Part shown: positions 29,031 through 36,344 of the stretch, in pieces
Layout: every line of letters begins with the position of its first letter
Position numbering within the stretch: position 1 is the first letter of the stretch
NCBI GenBank assembly: GCA_044326465.1
Contig: JBIRBD010000002.1
Location: 1 to 38,832, forward strand
Direction of reading: 5' to 3'
From: Chthoniobacterales bacterium
GTDB lineage: Bacteria; Verrucomicrobiota; Verrucomicrobiia; Chthoniobacterales; UBA6821
DNA: 38,832 bases
Program-made: the position numbers and the translations under genes
Notes under the pieces: generated by a model
Told to the model about the DNA's origin: nothing
Seen by the model: only the letters and a program-made list of their open reading frames with translations
Database searches by the model: none

Positions 29031-30094
29031 AAATACTATTCGATACCTATATCTATAAGCTGCAAATAACAGGTGGTATCAATAGATATATTGCAGAAAT
29101 TATTTCTGGGCTTCCTGAGAATTTTCATCCGTTTCTTTTTAAAAAAATTGAGAGAAAGCTCTGTGTTCCCAAGCATCCTCACCTCAAGAATTTTTGGATG
29201 CCCATCGACACGCGCTTTAGTCCATTTTTTATGCAGTGGAAATTGAAGTCGATGGATATTGTTCATCCATCCTATTATCAGATCTATTCATCACTCTCAT
29301 GGGATAAGATGCCATGTAAGGTCGTCATTACCGTCCATGATTTGATTATGATGCGTTTTGCAGATAGGTATGAAAAAAGCAGCAAAGTCATCAGTGCACA
29401 AAAAGCAGCCATTAAAAGAGCAGATCATATCATCTGTATTTCTCATTCTACGCGGAATGATTTGTTAGAAAAATTTCCAGAGTGTGAAGAACGAAGCAGT
29501 GTTATTCATTTAGCCTCTTCCTTGCCACAGCCTGATGGATCGTTTAGCAATCCTTTTGATAAACGCTATTTTCTTTTTGTGGGCGCACGCTCTTTTTACA
29601 AAAACTTTGAATTAACCGCTCGTGCTTTTGCTCTTCTCTATCAAAAATATTCTGACCTTCAACTTGTTGTAGTGGGTGGAAGTTTTAATGAAGAAGAAAA
29701 TAAATTAATCCACGGACTTGGAATTTCTGATGGGGTCAAGCTGGTAAAACATCCTGATGATTCAGAATTAGCTCTTCTTTACAAATATTCTGAAGCTCTT
29801 ATTTATCCCTCAGAATACGAAGGTTTCGGCTTGCCGCCGCTAGAGGCAATGAAAATGGGCGTTCCGGTGATTGCTTTAAACATCAGCAGTCTTCCTGAGG
29901 TTATTGGGGCAGGTGGAATATTAATTGATCCAGAAAAAGCCTCGCCGTATCTTCTAGCCGAGGCAGCAGAATCACTACTCACCTCGGAATCTCTTTGCAA
30001 GAGGCTTTCTGCTGCAGCGCTCCAACAAGAAAGTCAATTTTCTTGGAAAAAAACCGTTGATAAGACGGTTGATGTTTATAACGAGTTACAATAA
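29027..30094 (+). CDS. Family 4 glycosyltransferase
   Basis: FLFVGARSFYKNF...IYPSEYEGFGLPPLEAMKMGVPVIALNISSLPEVIG is a classic GT4 E-x7-E region. The GTG overlaps the upstream TGA (GTGA). Confidence 0.8.
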   Translation: MKILFDTYIYKLQITGGINRYIAEIISGLPENFHPFLFKKIERKLCVPKHPHLKNFWMPIDTRFSPFFMQWKLKSMDIVHPSYYQIYSSLSWDKMPCKVVITVHDLIMMRFADRYEKSSKVISAQKAAIKRADHIICISHSTRNDLLEKFPECEERSSVIHLASSLPQPDGSFSNPFDKRYFLFVGARSFYKNFELTARAFALLYQKYSDLQLVVVGGSFNEEENKLIHGLGISDGVKLVKHPDDSELALLYKYSEALIYPSEYEGFGLPPLEAMKMGVPVIALNISSLPEVIGAGGILIDPEKASPYLLAEAAESLLTSESLCKRLSAAALQQESQFSWKKTVDKTVDVYNELQ

Positions 30095-30103
30095 TAAATT
30101 TGC

Positions 30104-31069
30104 GTGTGTAAAAAAGCTCTTATCATTGGTGTCTCTGGTCAAGATGGCGCCTACCTTGCCAGGCTGTTACTAAAGAAAGGATATGAAGTTTATGGTACCT
30201 CGAGAGATCACGAAGCTTCTTCCTTCACTAATCTTAAAAAGTTACAAATTAAAGATCAGGTTCAGTTAAGGTCGATGACAGCCTCTGATTTTCGCAGCGT
30301 ATTAACAATACTGCAAGAGGTCGAGCCTGATGAAATCTATAATTTAGCAGGGCAGACTTCTGTTGGACTTTCTTTTTCTTGTCCCGTTGAAATGTTCGAA
30401 AGTATCTCGGTGGGAACCATTCATATTTTAGAATGTTTGCGACTGCTAAAACAAAAGGTGCGATTTTATAATGCGGGATCAAGTGAGGTTTTTGGAAATA
30501 CACTCAAGCCTGCTTGTGAGCAGACGCCATTTCAGCCACGAAGCCCTTATGCAACAGCAAAGGCCGCTGCCCATTATGCTGTTTCTAATTATAGAGAGGC
30601 CTACGGTTTATTTGCATGCACAGGGATCCTTTTTAATCATGAATCGCCATTGCGATCAGAGCGCTTTGTTACAAAAAAAATAATTTCTACTGCGGTGCGC
30701 ATTGCACGGGGTTCAAAAGAACGTCTTAAACTTGGTAACTTAGCTATTCATAGGGATTGGGGCTGGGCGCCAGAATATGTAGAAGCGATGTGGAAAATAT
30801 TACAGTATGAAATTGCTGATGATTTCATTATTGCGACAGGCCAGATGCATTCATTGGAAGAATTTATTCAAAAAACTTTTTCTCAGTTGGGACTTGAGAG
30901 TAAAGACCACGTCGACTCTGAGGCTTCCTTGTTTCGTCCTTCTGATATTGCAAAAAGCGTGGGTAATCCAACCAAGGCAGCAACGGTGTTGAAATGGAGA
31001 GCAGAAGTGCTATTGGATGAAATAGTGGCTTTATTGATAGAGGATGAAATAAAGAAAACTTCTTGTTAG
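30104..31069 (+). CDS. gmd: GDP-mannose 4,6-dehydratase, short ~320-aa form
   Basis: KALIIGVSGQDGAYLARLLLKKGYEVYGTSR, SPYATAKAAAHY (YxxxK) and GILFNHESPLRSERFVTKK are typical Gmd blocks. GTG start. Confidence 0.88.
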   Translation: MCKKALIIGVSGQDGAYLARLLLKKGYEVYGTSRDHEASSFTNLKKLQIKDQVQLRSMTASDFRSVLTILQEVEPDEIYNLAGQTSVGLSFSCPVEMFESISVGTIHILECLRLLKQKVRFYNAGSSEVFGNTLKPACEQTPFQPRSPYATAKAAAHYAVSNYREAYGLFACTGILFNHESPLRSERFVTKKIISTAVRIARGSKERLKLGNLAIHRDWGWAPEYVEAMWKILQYEIADDFIIATGQMHSLEEFIQKTFSQLGLESKDHVDSEASLFRPSDIAKSVGNPTKAATVLKWRAEVLLDEIVALLIEDEIKKTSC

Positions 31070-31078
31070 CGTTGCTGT

Positions 31079-32806
31079 ATGAATAGTCAAAAAATCAGCG
31101 TTCATTTTATGCCAGGCGATGGCAAAGGCTGGGCGTTAGATGAAGATCGGCGCCAGATGCGTGAAGCACTTAAAGGAATTATTTGCGAGACAACCCTTAT
31201 GCGGGCGCAGGTGCTTCATACACCTTTTTGGCAAGGGTTAAACTCGGTAGCTCCAGAAATTTTGAAGCAGGCTTTTATTATCGCCCATGCTGATAATCCA
31301 CCTTTTTTTTATCTTAAGCAGCCGGAATTTTTTCTTGGGCAGCAGCAGGTGGATCTTTGGATAGCACGTTCACTCGAAGCTCTGGAGCAGTTCCATTCAT
31401 TACGGCTTCCGGTAAAATATATTCCCTACACGATTGATCCGGAACTTTTCTTTCCGATCGCCGATAAAAAAGCATTACGTGAACGTTTTAACATTCCTCT
31501 GGATCGTTATGTTATTGCTAATTTTCATCGCGACACGGAGGGTGCCGATTTAGTAACGCCAAAATTACAAAAAGCACCGGAGCTCCTGTTGGCTATTCTA
31601 AAAAAACTCCAAACTCGTGGAGCCAATATCCATGTATTGCTCGCCGGCCCGCGTAGGCACTGGTTGCGCAAGGAACTGATGCGCGAAGGGATCCCCTTTA
31701 CCTTTGTTGGAAAAAGTGACATTGAAGGTGATGATTTTGGAATTAATATTCTGAATCGTGTTACGCTGAATGAATTAACGAACGCAGCCGATCTCTATTT
31801 GATTCCATCACGTTGGGAAGGGGGACCACAATCAGCAATGGAAGCAGCTGCCTGTCGGTGCAAGCTCATGAGTACGCCACTCGGTGTTGCACGCGATATT
31901 TTGGAACCAGCGTCACTTTTTCATTCAACGGAGGAGGCAGTTAAAAAAATTTTTGAAGATATTCAATGCAATAGCCTGCAATCAACTCTCGAACCTCAAT
32001 GGAAACGTTGGAAAAAATCACATACGACAGAATCCCTATTTCACGGCCTTTGTGAGCTCTATCGAGAACTTCCAAGTGATGTTTTGTTTCAAAGAAAAGT
32101 CGTTGCAAAAAACAGGTCGCTGGGAAAAGCCCCATGGCAGCAGGTAACGCATATTCTTAAAACAAGGCTTGGATATCAGTCTTTGCCAAAAAAAATAGGG
32201 TGGAATCATGCCCCTGGAAAAAATCGAGACCTCGATGCAGTGATGTTAGCTGTTGGGCAAGCATTCAAAGCACTTGGAATTAGCATTTGTCGTCCATCTG
32301 GAGTTGGTCTTGAATGTATAGGTTGGCCAACAGAAAAACTACCTCCGGCAAGATCAGGCTGTGTGCGCCTGCAATGGATAGTACCAGGTATGCCGATAGA
32401 AATTTTCTTTCAGGCTGATTTATTTATCACTCCATCGGTACAAGATATTCTCAATCTCCGGAGCGAAGGTTTCGGCCAGCCTGCAATCGTTATTCCATTT
32501 CCTATTGCGCGCGAAAAAAATAAAGAAGCTTCGCCCTTTGTTGTTCCTTTCGATGATAAGCATGCATCCATGAACATTTGGCGAGCATTAGCGGAGGGCC
32601 GTTCAGTCGTTTATCCAGAACATTTAGCTTATTACGAGCAGGTTTTTCATGGAGGACTTCCCTATAAAAATGAACCTGATCTTCCTGGCGTTCTTGCTTC
32701 AGCTCGTCAAAGTAATCTGGAACTTTCTATGCTGGCACGCATTCCGGTTATGAACGTAGCAACCAAATCACTCAAGAAGTTGCTAGCGGAGATTAATTTT
32801 TCGTAA
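31079..32806 (+). CDS. Large GT-B type glycosyltransferase with an additional C-terminal domain
   Basis: LYLIPSRWEGGPQSAMEAAACRCKLMSTPLGVARD is GT4-like. About 240 further residues are of unclear fold. Confidence 0.55.
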   Translation: MNSQKISVHFMPGDGKGWALDEDRRQMREALKGIICETTLMRAQVLHTPFWQGLNSVAPEILKQAFIIAHADNPPFFYLKQPEFFLGQQQVDLWIARSLEALEQFHSLRLPVKYIPYTIDPELFFPIADKKALRERFNIPLDRYVIANFHRDTEGADLVTPKLQKAPELLLAILKKLQTRGANIHVLLAGPRRHWLRKELMREGIPFTFVGKSDIEGDDFGINILNRVTLNELTNAADLYLIPSRWEGGPQSAMEAAACRCKLMSTPLGVARDILEPASLFHSTEEAVKKIFEDIQCNSLQSTLEPQWKRWKKSHTTESLFHGLCELYRELPSDVLFQRKVVAKNRSLGKAPWQQVTHILKTRLGYQSLPKKIGWNHAPGKNRDLDAVMLAVGQAFKALGISICRPSGVGLECIGWPTEKLPPARSGCVRLQWIVPGMPIEIFFQADLFITPSVQDILNLRSEGFGQPAIVIPFPIAREKNKEASPFVVPFDDKHASMNIWRALAEGRSVVYPEHLAYYEQVFHGGLPYKNEPDLPGVLASARQSNLELSMLARIPVMNVATKSLKKLLAEINFS

Positions 32807-32807
32807 A

Positions 32808-33755
32808 ATGAGACGCCCCATACCCTCACAACACAGGATCGCTATCACAGGCGGGCGTGGGCGCCTAGCTGGTTTGGTCGCCGCGTTTTTACGCGAGAGA
32901 GGATTTGAAGTGACGCTCTTTTCAAGAGTGGGTAGTGACGAATTTTGTGCACTTGAGGAACTCTTGCAGTCAAGCGCGATGGCAGAATATAGAGCTATCT
33001 TACATATGGCTTGGAGTAGCGTTCCTTTCACCAGCGAGCAAGATCCTGGATGCGAAGAGAGGGAAGATTTACCCCTCTTAAAAAAAATACTTCTGACACT
33101 CTCTTCTCTTAACTCAAATTCCTTGGAAGATCTTATTACTTCGAATGCCGAAAGTCCGGTTACAACCTTAGCATTTCCTCGATTGATTTTTCTTTCTTCA
33201 GCCTCTGTGTATGGAAATACAAGCGAAATAGCAGTCACTGAAACCTCTTCTTGTCAGCCTTTGAGTGGTTACGCGCGTGCTAAACTTGCAGCAGAGAAAA
33301 TAATTTTTGAGGATGCTGCTCTTCACTCTTCCTTCAACGCGCTGATTTTGCGTGTCTCTAATGTCATTGGATTTTCATCTGATCCAAAACGGCCGCAAGG
33401 AATCTTGCCTCGGATTTTTGCAGCAGCCCGAGAAAAACAAGCATTGGAAATTTGGGGAGATGGCTGTTGCAGCAAAGATTATCTTTGGATTGATGATTTT
33501 CTTACGGCCCTCGAAGCAGCCATAACGGAGCCTATAAGAGGTATTTTCAATATTGCCTCAGGACAAAATTTTTCTATTTCTGATTTGGTTTTGCTGGTTG
33601 AACAAAGTTGCAAGAGTCATGTCAATGTCACCTATCGTCCTCGTTATGCGTGGGATGTTGCCATTGCGCATATTGATGCCACGGCGTTTTCGAAGGCCAC
33701 AGGCTGGTGTGCGAAGGTTAATGTTGAAAAAGCGATTAAAGAAGGGAAGAAATAA
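32808..33755 (+). CDS. NAD(P)-dependent sugar-nucleotide epimerase/reductase (extended SDR), candidate partner of Gmd
   Basis: Rossmann motif IAITGGRGRLAG; catalytic SSASVYG ... YARAKLAAE (YxxxK). An unusual insertion of about 50 aa lies between the Rossmann core and the catalytic Ser. Confidence 0.7.
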   Translation: MRRPIPSQHRIAITGGRGRLAGLVAAFLRERGFEVTLFSRVGSDEFCALEELLQSSAMAEYRAILHMAWSSVPFTSEQDPGCEEREDLPLLKKILLTLSSLNSNSLEDLITSNAESPVTTLAFPRLIFLSSASVYGNTSEIAVTETSSCQPLSGYARAKLAAEKIIFEDAALHSSFNALILRVSNVIGFSSDPKRPQGILPRIFAAAREKQALEIWGDGCCSKDYLWIDDFLTALEAAITEPIRGIFNIASGQNFSISDLVLLVEQSCKSHVNVTYRPRYAWDVAIAHIDATAFSKATGWCAKVNVEKAIKEGKK

Positions 33756-33786
33756 CGACAAAGAGCACAAAGAACGTGGAGAGTTT

Positions 33787-35106
33787 GTGTGTGTGTTTCT
33801 CTCGCGTTCTTTGAGGCTATTCATTTTTTTCTCTCTGGTTATTGTTGGTCTCATGCAACAAACTTTCTCGTATTTAAAAGAAAAATTGCGCTTTTATGTC
33901 GATCTTCCAGCTCGTTTTTTCTTTCGATGGAAGCGTCGTAAAATAGAGCGTTCTCCTAAAAATCCCATAGCTATTGGCTTTGGTGGCGTTTTAGATCATC
34001 GCAAGATTATTCATGGTGGCGCTGTAAAGTTGTTGCCATTGCGAGCAGCGATGGGGAGTGGTGAAAAACTTTTTAATCTGCTCTACCTTGTCAGTAGCTC
34101 GCAGGCTCGTTTTTCAGAAGACCTCGTAAAACTTTGCCGTCGCCGTGGTATTCCTTTTGTCTGGAATCAAAATGGAGTCGGTTATGCAGGATGGGCTGGA
34201 TTCGAAGCAGAGCGGCACAATGGACCGATGAGAAGAATGCGTCGATTAGCAGACTATGTGATTTACCAAAGCGCCTTTTGTCGTGATTCTGCCGAGCGAT
34301 TTCTTGGGCCATGCAATGTGCCCCATGAAATTCTTTTTAATCCTGTCAATTTAGAAAAATTTTTCCCATTACAGGAGAGACCTCCCTTAGAGCCTGTTAG
34401 ATTGCTGACCTTAGGAACGCATGGCTATGCCGAGCGTGTGATTTCGACACTTCATGCATTAAAAATTTTATCGGATGCCGGATATTCCTGCAGTCTAACC
34501 ATTGCCGGAAAATGTCAATGGCATGCTGCTGAGCAGATGATTCACGAGGAGATAAAAAGACTTGGAATTACTCGGCAAGTGACCATTTTGCCAGCCTTCA
34601 CTCAGGATCAAGCGATAGCACTTTATCAGTCACATCATCTTGTGTTGCATCCAAAATATCTCGACCCATGTCCCACTGTTGTTGTCGAAGCGATGGCCAC
34701 AGGTTGTCCTGTTGTTGCTTCTGGTAGTGGAGGTCTCCCCGAACTTGTTTCTAAGAACCTGTATTCATCCTCTACTGAAGACCGCGAACAACTACGTCAC
34801 GGCAGTGCTCGCAGTATCACGGATGATCTATCCACTCAACTGCTCCGCGCTGGCGCTCCTTGTTGTTCATCGGTCTCAGCGACCATGAATACAGGTTCAA
34901 TGGAGTGTGCTTATCTCATTCCAGCTCCAGAAAATTGGGAAAAAATGATCACCCCAACGGGGGAAGAATTAGCAGCTGGCGTGATCTCTATTTTGCCTCG
35001 CTTTGCAGCCTGTGCTGCGGCCGCGCGTGCCCGCGCAGAAGAAAAATTTGATGAAAAAAAATGGGTGGCACGCCATAGAGAAATTTTTTTACAATTGTTG
35101 CGATAA
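33787..35106 (+). CDS. Family 4 glycosyltransferase with a possible N-terminal membrane anchor
   Basis: LVLHPKYLDPCPTVVVEAMATGCPVVASGSGGLPELV. The start is ambiguous: GTG at 33787 or 33793, or ATG at 33853. The track start at 33553 was rejected because it overlaps the SDR gene. Confidence 0.7.
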   Translation: MCVFLSRSLRLFIFFSLVIVGLMQQTFSYLKEKLRFYVDLPARFFFRWKRRKIERSPKNPIAIGFGGVLDHRKIIHGGAVKLLPLRAAMGSGEKLFNLLYLVSSSQARFSEDLVKLCRRRGIPFVWNQNGVGYAGWAGFEAERHNGPMRRMRRLADYVIYQSAFCRDSAERFLGPCNVPHEILFNPVNLEKFFPLQERPPLEPVRLLTLGTHGYAERVISTLHALKILSDAGYSCSLTIAGKCQWHAAEQMIHEEIKRLGITRQVTILPAFTQDQAIALYQSHHLVLHPKYLDPCPTVVVEAMATGCPVVASGSGGLPELVSKNLYSSSTEDREQLRHGSARSITDDLSTQLLRAGAPCCSSVSATMNTGSMECAYLIPAPENWEKMITPTGEELAAGVISILPRFAACAAAARARAEEKFDEKKWVARHREIFLQLLR

Positions 35107-35108
35107 AG

Positions 35109-36143
35109 ATGATGAAGCAATTACCCAGCCTTTCTGTGCTCATGACCGTTTTTAATGCGGAAAAATATTTAGCTGCCTCCATTGAAAGCATTCGTAATCA
35201 AACATTCCGTGATTGGGAGTTTCTCATTGTTGATGATGCTTCAACGGATCAGTCATTAGCCATTGCAGAAGCCTATGCAAGAATCGATGACCGTATTCGA
35301 GTGATTACAAATGTTCTGAATAAAGGCCAAACTGCTTCTCTTAATCAGGGTTTGCGAGAGACTCGTGGTTATTGGATAGCGCGACAAGATGCTGATGATA
35401 TCTCTCATCCTTTGCGATTTGAAAAACAATTAGAAAAATTTCGTATGATGCCAGAGCTTGTTTTGCTTGGAACAATGGGCTCTATGATCAACGAAAAAAA
35501 TGAATGTGTTGGTCTGCTTGATATGCCAATAACGCAACAGCTTATTTGTTGGAGTGCCCCCATTATTAATCCTTTCATCCACACATCGGTGATGTTTCAA
35601 AAAAAAATCATTCAACAATTAGGTGGTTATCACGAGTCATTTCGTATTGCTCAAGATTATGATCTTTGGGCGCGCGTTATGAGGTATTATGTGGTTGAAA
35701 ATCTTCCAGAGCGTCTTGTGAGTTATCGTCATTTGGAAACTTCACTATCGAAAACAGGACGGTCAACAACATTTAAGGAAGCAGAAAAAGTGTCAGAGCA
35801 GATGGAGGAAGTGGCCTTCAAGCGTTCTCTGCAGGCTGATGAGCGAAGGGTTATCGCTTCTTTTAGAGAAGGAATACTGCCTCTTTCAGAGGCGCCAGAT
35901 TTTTGGAAATGCTATCATTCGCTCGAATTTCTAATGAAAGGGCAAGGTCGGCTCCTTCTAAAAGAGGCTAGGAGATTAAGGGCTGTTTATCATCTCAAAC
36001 TCGCCGGAATTTTTGTAAACGAGACGCGGGCATTCTTAGTAGAAATTCTCGCCGCATTTTTTGCTGCGCCACTATTTACGGCGAAGTGGCTTTGGGAGCG
36101 AGTGAGCAGTAGTTCAGGCAATGCCCTCAACTTAAGGAATTAA
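35109..36143 (+). CDS. Family 2 glycosyltransferase
   Basis: LSVLMTVFNAEKYLAASIESIRNQTFRDWEFLIVDDASTDQS ... ARQDADD is a classic GT2 N-terminal pattern. Confidence 0.85.
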   Translation: MMKQLPSLSVLMTVFNAEKYLAASIESIRNQTFRDWEFLIVDDASTDQSLAIAEAYARIDDRIRVITNVLNKGQTASLNQGLRETRGYWIARQDADDISHPLRFEKQLEKFRMMPELVLLGTMGSMINEKNECVGLLDMPITQQLICWSAPIINPFIHTSVMFQKKIIQQLGGYHESFRIAQDYDLWARVMRYYVVENLPERLVSYRHLETSLSKTGRSTTFKEAEKVSEQMEEVAFKRSLQADERRVIASFREGILPLSEAPDFWKCYHSLEFLMKGQGRLLLKEARRLRAVYHLKLAGIFVNETRAFLVEILAAFFAAPLFTAKWLWERVSSSSGNALNLRN

Positions 36144-36344
36144 GTTAACGGCAAGGGGTACAGGTGACAAGTAAGTAAGGCCTACGGCAAAAAGAGCAAA
36201 ATTTATTCGACGAATTTTGTCTTAATTGTCTTAAGTTAGAGCTATTAGGTGAACGGGTACTGAGGTTTAGCTTAATTGCGGCTTTCTACAATATGGAGAT
36301 CTCGTTATAAGTTTCGAAAGAAGTCTAATGAAATTATCCTGGAT

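Noticed and set aside
32783-33238. 151-aa minus-strand ORF
   Set aside because: It is antisense to the SDR gene, which has clear Rossmann and YxxxK motifs. It lies in a GC-rich stretch where stop codons are rare, and no motif was recognised.
33553-33786. 5-prime extension of the GT4 track ORF, overlapping the SDR gene by about 200 nt
   Set aside because: The extension is an alternative frame of the SDR coding sequence with an Arg/Lys-rich nonsense translation. Plausible starts (GTG 33787/33793, ATG 33853) lie just after the SDR stop.
34640-35191. Cluster of 60-80-aa ORFs on both strands at the GT4/GT2 junction
   Set aside because: They are by-products of locally high GC. They overlap well-supported GT genes and have no motifs.
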